From the NCBI GenBank assembly GCA_051362555.1, contig CM120643.1, positions 6,572,001 through 6,636,000 on the forward strand: 64,000 bases of DNA. Direction: 5' to 3'. The notes beneath the pieces were generated by a model that saw only the letters and a list, made by a program, of their open reading frames with translations, did no database searches and was not told the DNA's origin. Position 1 is the stretch's first letter; every line of letters starts with the position of its first letter. Shown here piece by piece: positions 27,000 through 38,966 of the stretch. This DNA comes from Lingula anatina (taxonomy: Eukaryota; Animalia; Brachiopoda). The translations under genes were made by a program, and so were the position numbers.

Positions 27000-27800
27000 G
27001 TGACATTAATGTTGAAAAAGATGTCCTAACTGACCCTGCTGTAGAAACCCATCACTGGTACTGGACATAGAGAAATTTCTAAATGATAATATCCCTGGGT
27101 CTAGTGGATAGCTTAATCTAAAAAAAATCTGTGAAACAGGTCATCGCAAGTAAGGGATTGTTCAAGATTATAATAGTTACTTGAACCTAAACAAATGGTT
27201 AAAAGATATGCTTTAAAAACATTATGGGGATAAAATTGTTCTAAAAACCTTCAAGAAAATGCAGTCATCTGAAAGAAGCAAAGTTTTTTGACACATCAGA
27301 TTTGGAAAATAAAAGTGCTGACCTCTTTTGGAATTATTTATTTCAGTTTGTTTATAGTAATTATGCCAATTCAGTTTTGAATGCAGATATTACCCAGCAA
27401 ACAAGTATTCTCAACTGACAGAGGTTTCAAAAATTGTTTATTTTGGGCTATTTGATGAAAACACAGATAAATTTGAAACTGTCCTTATTGTTTTGGACCA
27501 TTTGTATATTTCTTTAAAAGTGGGAAAAGATCTGGACTATCTAGTGGTAGCTGGTGATGGCAAAGTATATTCCCATCTCATGCAATATGTACAGGAATCC
27601 AAAGGTGAACTTCATTGCCTACTTCTTTATCTTGGAGAATTTCACACACTAAAAAACTTTCAACATGTTTTACTTAAAATCTTTTATAATGCAGGTTTAA
27701 AAGAGCTAATTAATCTATTTCATCTTGGGGCTACAGATAAATCCGTGGCTAAAGCCAAGAATTTTGAGAAAACACATATGTATGTTTCTACTACAAATTA
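27000..27800 (+). pseudogene. Academ-like transposase fragment
   Basis: YLVVAGDGKVYSHL...LLLYLGEFHTLKNFQHVLLKIFYNAGLKEL; boundaries approximate. Confidence 0.6.
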
Positions 27801-28637
27801 GGGAAGGTTTTTTTTATAATTGAAACTGAATTATACTATAAATGGAAGCGTGGAAATATTGATTTGTCTAATGAAGACATAACTGTTAAACTTGCTGACA
27901 TGATGGGAAAAATTTGTTAGAAAGGAGTGGTGAGAAATGTGATTTTACCTGTAATTTTCTTGAAGATATTTAAGAAACTCAAACAGAATTCTCAGAGTTT
28001 ACCAGAGAGTTATCCCACAAAATAAAACCTGGTCTTTTTGGTTAAATTTTGTTCACAGAGATTGCTTTTTATACAATTCTTTATATTTTTCTGTGAGAAC
28101 AGGTGATTGGAATCTAAGAAAATTTTGTTTGAAAAACCAATGAGACAAAAGTGAAGGCATGGCAGGAAATTACTAGGTTTGGGCCAATTTTTTTTTATCA
28201 AAAGCACAAGAATAGGTGACTTGAATATTGATATATTTTAATCTTATAATTCTTTCCTCCACTAAAGTACTTCTTTTATAAACATAAGGAATTACATCAT
28301 TATGCACAGCATATTGAAGATAATTGGAAACATTAAATTTTTGTTTACTTATCACAGAAAAAATTAGTTATATCTTATTGATTTTCAGAGTCAACAATAA
28401 AGGTCTTGGGAGAAAAGATGTGAAAGTTATAAGGAAGAAGTGGTCGGATTTTTCCAGCTGCTCCAAAAAGGAGGCAGAAAGAAAGAGGAAGATTCAAAAC
28501 ACTGATGGAGGTGGGGTCTCTCAAATAATGTTGACTCCCATCCAAGAAAAGGTTAAATAATGTTAGCATTTTATAAAAAAAATTAAATGTATATAGTCAG
28601 AACATACCTTATGTAGATGGCTTTGTGTTTGAATATA

Positions 28638-29826
28638 CGGTAAAGTCTTGAAAATTTCGTCGTTCTTGAAAATTTCGTCGGCAGACGATTTTCCGCCGAC
28701 GTAATTTTTTTCCCTTTGAAAACTTCGTCGACCTTGAAAATGAGGTACTCGATAATTTTTGAAAAGTTCGTCACCAAATATGGCCGCGTTGTCCAGCTCA
28801 AACATGAAGGTAATGCGTCAGTTGAACCAAGACAATGATACGATCAGGATATCATTGCTGATAACACTCTCAATGGGAGATAGGAACAATAGTGCGCCCC
28901 TGCGAGCGGTTACTCACAATATAGATGGTTTAGATGTGAATTCCCGTTCTCAGTTGCGGGAACGTCGGCCTTTTGTCTTTAGTTTCATTACTATTACCTG
29001 GCTTAAGGTGCGTTATCAAGCCGGTAAATAGAAGTCACAGGCCGCGGCTTTGTCATTTGTAACGCCGTTATTGTTATCGGCGGCTGTCCTAAATGAGGAA
29101 GACACAATGAAAAAATCAAGATATTATCTCGAAGTGAAATGTATCCGTCACTTCTATTCATGTCCATGTTCAATTTAGGACCATTTAACGATTACCTGGC
29201 TTGTACATGGAGATCGTTCGCAATGCGAATGGGACGAGATGGCAATATTCATATCTTCAGCGGAGAATCGTTCGCGTGATATCGTCAACAGATCGTTCGC
29301 GATCCAAACGAAACGAGAAGATAATTTTCATATTTGTAGCGGACTCCGTTCGCGTAAGATCATCAGCGGGAGATCGTTTGCGATTTGAGAGAGACGAAAA
29401 GGCAATCTTCATATCTTCAGCGGCAGATCGTTCGCGATGTAAGCGAGAATAAAATGCACTTTTCATATTAGTTCAAGGGAACCTCGTTTGTGGAAGATCG
29501 TCAGCAGGAGATCATTATTTTAACCCTCCCTCCCCCTTTGAATTTTATGAATAATATATATTTTTCATTTTATCATTAACCCCCCTTCCCCCGCTCACGG
29601 CATATCTTCAGCGGAGAATCGTTCGCGTAATATCGTCAAGACTTTGTTTGCGTAAGATCGTCAGAGGGAGATCGTTCGCGATCCGAGCGAGACGAAAAGG
29701 CAATTTTCATATCATCATCGGGAGATCGTTCGGGATGTAAGCAAGAATGAAATGCAATTTTCATATTAGTTCAAGGGATTTAGGGAACTTCGTTCGCAGA
29801 AGATCGTCAGCGGAAGATTATTTAAC

Positions 29827-29860
<34 letters not shown>

Positions 29861-30451
29861 TTGGATTTTTAAAAAAATATTCATTTTCATTTGATCTTTA
29901 ATCCGCCCCCCCCCTACCCCCGCTCACGGTATATCTTCGGCGGAGAATCGTTCGCGTAATATCCTCAGGACTTTGTTCGCGTAAGATCATATCAGAGGGA
30001 GATCGTTCGCGATCCTAGCTTGACGTAAAGACAATTTTCATGTCTTCATCGGGTGATTGTTCGCGATGTATTAGCAATAATAAATTACAGTTTTCATATT
30101 AGTTCATGGAACTTAGTTTGCGAACGATCGTCAGCGGGAGATCATTATTTTAACCCCGCCTCCCCCTTTGAATTTTATAAATAATATATATATTTAGTTT
30201 TATCTTTAACCCCCCCCCCCTTCCCCGCTCACGGCATAACTTCGGCGGAGAATCGTTTGCGTACTATCGTCAGGACTTTGTTCACGTAAAATCGTCAGAG
30301 GGAGATCGTTCGCGATCCGAGCGAGACGAAAAGGCAATTTTCATATCATCATTGGGAGATCGTTCGCGATGTAAGCAAGAATGAAATGCAATTTTCATAT
30401 TAGTTCAAGGGATTTAGGGAACTTTGTTCGCGGAAGATCATTATTAAACCC

Positions 30452-30482
<31 letters not shown>

Positions 30483-31272
30483 ACACACTTTGGATTTTTT
30501 AAAAATATTAATTTTCATTTTATCTTTAATCCGCCCCCTGCCCCGCTCACGGTATATCTTGGGCAGAGAATCGTTCGCGTAATATTCTCAGGACTTTGTT
30601 CGCGTAAGATCATATCAGAGGGAGATCGTTCGCGATCCTTGCTAGACGAAAAGGCAATTTTCACATCTTCATCGGGAGATTGTTCGCGATGTAAGCAATA
30701 ATAAAATGCAGTTTTCATATTAGTTCAAGGAACTTAAATTGCGGAAAATCGTCAACGGGAGATCATTATTTTAACTCCCTGTAAATTTTTAGGAAGTTAC
30801 AGATGGTAATTTTAGAAGGCCTGACACTCAATCCTGGGAAAAGTCCTGCATGCAACAAACGTTCCCAAGTGCGTAATTTTTTTAACATGTCGCGTCCAGG
30901 TTATGATGCAAGGTTGCAATTAGGCTTATCTTGATCCTTCTCCTCTATCAGGAGGTATGTTTCTTACCGAGAAGATAATTCTCAACATGTTTTCGGGTAG
31001 CCTACAGTAAGTTAAGTATAACTTAATCGAGATGCACTAATAAATAGATTATTATTTACCACCAGAAAATGACTTAGGAAGTAGTAATAAATATCCCACA
31101 ATACAGGAGCGTCAAAGATAACAGTCGCTAAGGATAAAAGCCCAAAGGCCGGATTTTTGAAAATTTCGTCATACCCAGGAGTCGGGGAGAGGTAATTTTG
31201 AAAAATTAGTCGGATTTACACAATTAAAAATATTAATTAATTTTTAAGCTACGAAATTTTCAAGACTTTACC

Positions 31273-31273
<1 letters not shown>
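28638..31273. mobile_element. non-autonomous TA-targeting DNA transposon (Tc1/mariner-like termini) with internal tandem repeats
   Basis: TIR cggtaaagtcttgaaaatttcgt / acgaaattttcaagactttaccg; TA flanks, right flank expanded to (TA)n; lies in the Myb-gene intron. Confidence 0.85.
29205..30780. repeat. ~300-340-bp tandem repeat, about 5 units in alternating A/B types
   Basis: ccgctcacgg(c/t)at anchors near 29591, 29920, 30225 and 30543; repeated gggagatcgttcgcgat submotif. Confidence 0.85.

Positions 31274-31316
<43 letters not shown>
31274..31316. repeat. (TA)n microsatellite
   Basis: direct reading. Confidence 0.95.
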
Positions 31317-31318
<2 letters not shown>

Positions 31319-32504
31319 AACAATTATTATAGGTACTTTTGTTTCAGGTTGTGTCAATTATTGTTGAGACTGCCATTGCTGGCTTTCAAGGAGAAATTGA
31401 CACATTCCAGCAACAAAATCAAAATGACAAGTATATCAAAATTACAACCGAGGAGCTCAAAATTTTAGTGGACGGGGCCTCTGCCAAGAGCAACTTTTTT
31501 TTCCAAAATTCAGCAATGTTAACGTTATAACTAAGAGACTGAAAGAAGAAACATGGGAGGCAATAACAAATAAGTAAGTTGATTAGTTACTTTGTCAACG
31601 CATTGCAATTATTGATCCTACATTAACTGCCCCAAAGAACTGTCCCCTTTAGAACAAATATAATAATATAATATAATTGTAAAAAAATAAATAAATAAAA
31701 ATTATGAAAAAGGTAAGGTGTTATAAATAAAATTGATTACCTATTGCTGTATATTACTTCAAGTGAGGTGTATCTTATTTTGTTTATTAAATTTCAGATA
31801 ATTGAGATTATAGGGGAATTGGCCCTCAAAGGTGTTGTTGGGGGCCAAGAAACAGAAGAACCACCATCTACCTGTGTGTAATGAGAGAGGAACTGGAAGG
31901 TACTTTATTAATACCAGTAATCTAAAGTCCGATTTTTTTTTTTTACATACATAGATCAATCTTATTTCTAATATTTTAACATTAGTTATTTTTTTGTTAT
32001 TAGTTATTTTTTTGTTTTGTGTTTCTGTTGTTTTTTTTCCAGAAGTCCCAGATAAAATACAGGTACAACCAAGAAAGGCATCAAAGAAACAAGTCAGATT
32101 TTTTTAAATATTAATTCATCTTCCATAATGAAGACTGATTTGGAAAAAGCAAGGTGCCATTTTATAAATTTTAATATAGGCCTCGACAAACTATATGGGG
32201 AGAGAAATTGTACTTTTAATGCACATTGTTTATTGCATTTTGTCTTGAAAGTCGAGGATTTGAGGCTAATGAGGGCACACAGCCAAAAGCTTAAATGAGA
32301 AAATTTCATGGAACCCAGCAGGTAGAATTGCAAATAGTCACAGTGGTGTACATTCAACACAAATTACCAGAGCTGATTGAACAAGTAAAGGATGGTGCTG
32401 TGCAGGCCCTGGTGAAGCAGATGACTAAACGGTCAAGTTTGAAATTTTCAGGTAGGATAGGTAATTCCTCTCATATCCTGTTCCAACCACGCAAGAATAG
32501 TTAC

Positions 32505-32610
32505 AGTTAAAAGTGAAATCTAAGGGGCCAAGTAATTTTTGCATTCTGTTAATGGGCAGGATATATTCTAAAGAAGAACGCCTTGACCCAAAGAAGAACA
32601 TGGGGGGCTC
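32505..32610 (+). pseudogene. second BEN-domain fragment, paralog of the domain at ~20815-21078
   Basis: SKGPSNFCILLMGRIYSKEERLDPKKN aligns by eye to SSPGNFCV.LMGKIYSKNERSDPRYN. Confidence 0.65.
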
Positions 32611-32819
32611 AAGGACAGCACAATATAACCAAAGACCACAGACTACACTATATATCAAAAACAGCTTCAGAAATTGTATCCATTCGTAATGAACGAGGAG
32701 CTATGGAGACCATGTCTCTCAGCAATGAACACTGCCAATCAAAATTTGAGGTGTTCACAAAAGATCAACATATAGGAAAGCTAACACGTGTTTCTCTACA
32801 ATACACATTCATGGCTGAT

Positions 32820-34698
32820 TGAGGCAACATTTGAAAGAGCAACCAATTAACATACAGACCATGGCACACCGTGGTAGAAAATGAAGAAGAAAAGCAGACA
32901 ATTATCAAACATATGCACAGTGACAGTGAGTGAAATTTACAGATATTACTATTCTTTGACAACCTTTGGATTTATATTACTGTGAATGGAGTGTTAGTGA
33001 TATGCATATACTGATATTACAATGTACTACCAGGTGCTTTGTGCTTTCTTGTTGGGAAATGTTGTACTTTCATACAACATTTCCCAACAAGAAAGCACAA
33101 AGCACAGTCCTTACTATTTAATGTTTGGCACATAAGTAAATGATAAAGTAGACCCCATTTTAAAGTAACATCAAGTAAACTATTGTCCTCACTCTCTGAA
33201 ATACAAGTGGTCTTTAATTCTGAACACTAAGTCCCATATTATAATATTGCCCTATTGAAATGGTCTGTATGATAATCATATTTTTGGTTGGTTTTAATGC
33301 CATTTCATTTTGAATTGTCAGGTGGGGAGCACCAAAAAGGCTCCTGTCAGACCAAGGAAGAGAGTTTGTGGCTGAAATAAATACAGAGGTTTGCCGCTCC
33401 CTCAGCATAGAGAGGTCTGTGACAAGTGCCTATCATCCTCAGACCAATGGTCTGGATGAGAGAACAAACCAGACACTGAAGACTCAAATGAGCAAGCTCA
33501 TTAATGAACACCAGATCGACTGGGATACTTATTTGGAGGATGTGGTGTATTTGATCAGGACACAAAAGCAAACGTCCACAAAGTTCACCCCTTTTTTTCT
33601 TATGTTTGGGAGGCACCCTAGGTCTCTGAAGGAGGTAATTCTAGATTAAAATTTTTAATGATTTAGACAAGATAAAATTTGGAACATTTTTATTATGATT
33701 TTCTGACATCTCAGTAATAGGTTTGTTACATCACTGAAATTGTGTTTGAAAAGCAGTCTATGTGCAGCCAAAATGTGTATTAACTATGATATGCTTTGGT
33801 CTTGTCATTTATATCAAACCTATTTAATCTTTTATATCATGTAGACCTTTTTTTGATTATCAGTTATTTCTATACTGTATATGCTTAAATGGCTGCACTA
33901 CAAATATTTTATTTACCTACCTATTTTTCATTCATCTGATTATTTTACTTAACAGGCTGTCTGCTAGTCATGCTACTGATCCTGTCTTTATCTTAAATGA
34001 AGTAGGAAGCATGAAACATTGCTCCTGTGTTAAAAAAAATAACATGATGAATTTTAAAGAGGTTTTCTAATTTCAATTGTGATTTCCATTTTTAGATGAT
34101 TGCCAAAGTACTGAAGTTCTGGAAGACATGGTCAACCATAGAGAGGCACTGTTAGATGTCACCAATAAAGTTGTAAGTACAAAGACACACATAATGTGCT
34201 TCATTAAAGGGTTCTAGCATGTTACAGTTGTATCAAAATTGTATTTGAATATGAAATACTCTTCTTGTTTTATGACTGCCTATAGGTGTTATATTTGTGT
34301 TTCTAATAAGCAACTGTGCATTCATTACTAGGACATAGTATTTTAATGTACAGACACCGTGTACGTAGCCATCACCTGCCTCTGTCATGGTGCACTTTTT
34401 TTCATTGTTACTTCACTAACCTAAATACTGATATAGCTTTTTGCCTCAAAGTTATTAGTTAATTTGATGCCTGTATATGTGCCATCTTCACTGTCTATAT
34501 TTTTCTTATGTGTTTTTCTTAGGTACAAGAGAATGTGGAAAAGGCCCAAACAAAACAGAAGGAGAATTTTGCAAAGAGAAAGGCAAATGGCGTCAAATCC
34601 TTTGACCTTTCAGTTGGAGACATGGTCATGAAAAGGGCTATGAAAAACATTGGAAGAAAGGGAGGAAAAATGGAGCATCTGTGGACTGGGCCTTATCG
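32820..34698 (+). pseudogene. intron-containing Ginger/GIN-like integrase gene fragment
   Basis: exon ending EEEKQTIIKHMHSD|gtgagt; exon 33322-33634 WGAPKRLLSDQGREF...AYHPQTNGLDERTN...TPFFLMFGRHP; exon from 34097; exon 34523-34698 ...VGDMV...GGKMEHLWTGPY (GPY/F motif). Confidence 0.85.
33034..33105. repeat. perfect 33-bp-stem hairpin with 6-nt loop
   Basis: gtgctttgtgctttcttgttgggaaatgttgta-ctttca-tacaacatttcccaacaagaaagcacaaagcac. Confidence 0.9.
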
Positions 34699-36099
34699 GT
34701 ATGTATTTCTGCCAGAACTTTTCTTTTAATGAGTTACTTGCTGCTCTTGATAACACGTGATTTGTGATTTCTAGTACTTCCACCATAATACATGTACATC
34801 TTTACACAACAAAACAATAATTCAATATCTCAGAAGTAGAGGGGAAGATGTCTCTTGTCCAGAGTACAGTGGAGTCTGCACAGCCCATCTACGAGAAGAC
34901 GACACCATTGGGGACAAGCTTAACCACTGATGGGGATCGACAGCCGAGCCCAGCTGCATGTGACAATGTTGAAATTTTTTGGGACACGTGACACTTTACC
35001 AAAGCTCTGAAAAAACAAATAGAAAAAGCACCATTTTCTGGTCAAGTGTTTCCAGGAAAAACAAAATACACTAGAGACAAAATGCAAAAACGTTTTGCTC
35101 AGTGCATAGCAATGCGCTGCTATTCTGAATTTGATGCTTGCTTTAGAGCAAATCAAGGGAACATAGAGTTGACTAAAAGAGCACTGAGTTATGTCATTAA
35201 CTATATATAATTAGTTGTTACAGTGTTGATTGTCAAAATTGTTTAAAGTACTCAAAAAAATGTAAAACCTTAAGGTGGCTCAGAAACTATTTTCCCTGTT
35301 TTTCCATCTTTCTCCAGGAGGCTCTGGCCTGGGAAGCAAAGCAGAAGATTTTTTCAAGGCACATGGAACTTACAATATTCGCTCTGGCACCCAACCAACA
35401 CTTAGTGCCAATCCTGATATCCTAGAACAAGTCTGGGCTCTGCTCCTTTCTATGAAAGCAAAGACGAAGATAGTCACCTCAATCAAGGTGAAATGCCCAA
35501 CAGTAGCTATCCTAAAACGCCTTTAGTAAACCTGGACACTGTTCACAATGATGAAAGAAGAAAAAGCCTAAGTCCTTTGGTACCAGTGGGCATTACCTCC
35601 ACATTGAAACAGGCAGATACACTAACACTCCTCAGCCCTACAGAATATCTTCTAAAGACAAAATTGAAGATGAAAAACTTTCTCCCAACATGCCCTCTAT
35701 ACAACAAACCTGTAACCATATTGTACCGGGTATTTACAGAACACTATACACACTTTGGCCTCAGAACAATTGATGAAAAATTTATTATCATTATTGTAAC
35801 ATGTATATATATGAGGTTGCGTATGTATGATTGTGGTTGTGTTAGTGTAGAGTAGTGTGTTTGTGCCTTTTCGTTTGTGTTCGTGCGTCTCTGTTTCTTT
35901 ATATAACATGCCCCTATTTCTTACATGGCACGTTCGTTTCTGGTTTCTGCCACGTCAACTTACAGGTGAGATAGACTTGATTGGTTTGCTTTTAATTTTC
36001 TTTGTGTTAAAATTTTATAATTCTTTAAGATATTTTGTTTGATATTTTCAGTGCTTGTAATTTCTTTTCATCCTTATTTTGTTTAGAAGTTTAGTTTAA

Positions 36100-36304
36100 T
36101 CAACCTTCTGACTAGCAAACCTTTGGAACAGCTGGGACATCATCAAACTATCAGATCAATGAACCTTCTGACTATTGAACCTTTTGAACCATTGGATCTT
36201 GGCATCATCAAACTATCAGACCAATGAACCTTCTGACTATTGAACCTTTTGAACCATTGGATCTTGGCATCATCAAACTATCAGACCAATGAACCTTCTG
36301 ACTA
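36100..36304. repeat. ~61-65-bp tandem repeat, about 3 copies
   Basis: catcatcaaactatcagaccaatgaaccttctgactattgaaccttttgaaccattggatcttgg. Confidence 0.85.
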
Positions 36305-38654
36305 CTGTCATGCAATTGACAAATAATTTAACAATGAACTAATAATAATTTCATAAATTCACAAGATGACAATATTTAGTAATTAAAATAAATATCAGAA
36401 TCAGAAATTACTTGAATTTGATATACTCAGGAAATACTGCAGCATCATATCCAAACTGCTAACGATAACAAAACAATATCATAAAATAATCAAATCATAC
36501 AGAGTTTCTAGAGGAATTCAAAACAAAAATACAGTTTACCAGTTTTAGGGTAAACAACAGATGTGTCACAAAGTGCTGACTATGGCAATGACACTGGGCA
36601 GACACAGTGATCAGAATATAGACAGACTGAAAGTGTCTGTATATAATAAATATGTGATAAAATTTGCAATTGCACCTTAATGACCTCACAATAACAGAGA
36701 TCATCTATAACACATCATATCTGACCTGAAATATATATTAACATTTAAACATTTTCTCTGGAGTCTTGTTCTCTTCCGTGTTGGCTTATTGTCTACCACA
36801 ATCTCACTGTATATACTACCTCTACTAGTACTGTAACAGTTTCCATGCATATGGGGAAAATTATTATAACACATCACAACTGAGCTGAAATATCAATTTA
36901 CTTTTAAACATTTCCATTGTGCCTATTCACCTTCAGTGACAGGGTATTGTTCAACACAATTTCCTTGCTTTATATACCCTGCCTCTTTCCATGCATATGG
37001 GGAAATTGATTCTTTGTGTTACCTGGAACCCACATTTGTTGTGTAATTGTACTGTTCCATATAACTGGCTCCACAGGATCTGCTGTGTTTGGAAGTCTTG
37101 TTCTGGATGGTTCTGGCAGCACTCTCTCTCACTCAGTATAAAATTGACCTCTTGGTCTGCCAGCAACTCAATAGAATTCCAAGTGTATTTGCTAAAAACA
37201 TAAATGAAATGAGTGTAACTGTTTGCAATACAACTGGGTCATCTCTGTAATATAAAAACCCATCTATGTAATATAGTGCAAACTATTTCTAGGAACCATC
37301 CCATGATACACTATTCATATACAGGATGCTTTTGTAAGATGTACAATATCATTTCTGTACCACCATGCTTGATATATATCTTGTTATTGCTCATATGTAA
37401 TGGCGATCAAATTAAAATATAAGTATTCATTTTATGTGTTTTTTGCACTTAATGACAATTAAACTTAAATTCACATTACAATTAAAGCAGTGATATATTA
37501 ATTTTATTCATAATAATCCATGCTTTCTATATTGAAATAATCATTGGTGTTTGTGTCTCTGCACAAAGGAAAGAGGAGAACAAATTACCTATCCTGTCTT
37601 TTGCATAAAAAAGTAACCACAAACATTTGTATGCTATCTGCAAGAGGTCCAGTCATCTGTTTACAATGGCTGCCCTGTCTCTGGCTGTTCATTCATCCTA
37701 AAACTTACCACATCCCATGTCTTGCACAACTGGGCGAGTTGAAGATGTTCCTGTTGCTGTCTTTTTATATCTGTTTCTTATAAAATACATGTCCTCCATT
37801 TTCAGCCAGGTAAAGTCAGTTCACCTAGAAGACACCATGCTGTATGGAGACTGGAGCTGGAAAAAGAGACAAAAGATTATATGAATGAAGTGACAAATTA
37901 TCTTAATAAAAAGACAGAACCCTGACAGTTCACAAGAGCCAGCAGAATATTTAACCTACTATATTCTGCCTAATGTCCACCAAATATGACAGGTATCACA
38001 GTTATGGTGACTGAACAGAGACGAGTTTAAAATGTATTTTGGAGGCTGCTGGGCACAATTGTGACTGGTAGAACTGTCACAATCTTAAACTGATCAAAGT
38101 TGAATAAACAGAACTCTGCCAAATCTTCTGGGATTTTTCAGAAGTTTGCACACAAATTGCCTATAAACAATGGCTGTAATAATCTGGGATAAGTATATCA
38201 TGAGAGAAATGAAAAATTTTATTAAAATTTAAAGAAAGCACAAAATATGATAACTGGTTTGTTGATCTACATGGGAAGGATAGAAGACAAATTATCTATT
38301 GTAACACAACTAGTAAAACAAAACCAAGCAATAATTTTGTGCACTACCTGCAAGGTGTTTTTGGCATGGTGATGGGTGACGGTGGGTAATGACCACTGCT
38401 CCACCTTGGATCAAATACATATCGTCTGTTATGACCAGGTGCCGTGGGTCTCACTCGCCATGTGCTTCTTTCACACTCGTTCCAATAACCATGTCATCCA
38501 CCAGGTGGTGGCCCCGGTCTAGATGCGACTAATCGGCAGCCATGTATTGGTTATAACATTCCTCCCAACCTTATTTTCAATTTTCATATTGTATAAAGTC
38601 ACATCTTGAGTGCTATATGCTCTGGAATCTGTTCTTAATAGTAAATGCCAATTA

Positions 38655-38950
38655 ATATAAATTATCTCAGATTACTTTTTTTTAGGACAGCGATCCGTCT
38701 TCATCCTGATTACATAGAAATAATCTCAGATTACTTTTTTTAGGACAGCGATCCGCCTTCATCCTGATTAAATATCAATTATCTCAGATTACTTTTTTTT
38801 AGGACAGCAATCCGCCTTCATCCTGATTAAATATCAATTATCTCAGATTACTTTTTTTTAGGACAGCAATCCGCCTTCATCCTGATTAAATATCAATTAT
38901 CTCAGATTACTTTTTTTTAGGACAGCGATCCGCCTTCATCCTGATTACAC
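38655..38950. repeat. ~59-bp tandem repeat, 5 copies
   Basis: aattatctcagattacttttttttaggacagcgatccgccttcatcctgattaaatatc. Confidence 0.9.
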
Positions 38951-38966
38951 AGAAATGATTGAACTG

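Larger units (their letters stand above)
28389..31573 (+). pseudogene. Myb/SANT-like DNA-binding gene fragments (Harbinger accessory type)
   Basis: exon 28389-28551 VNNKGLGRKDVKVIRKKWSD...TDGGG...LTPIQEK; exon from 31348 VVSIIVETAIAGFQGEIDT; 31430-31573 TTEELKILVDG...SKFSN...TKRLKEETWEAITN|gtaagt. Confidence 0.8.
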
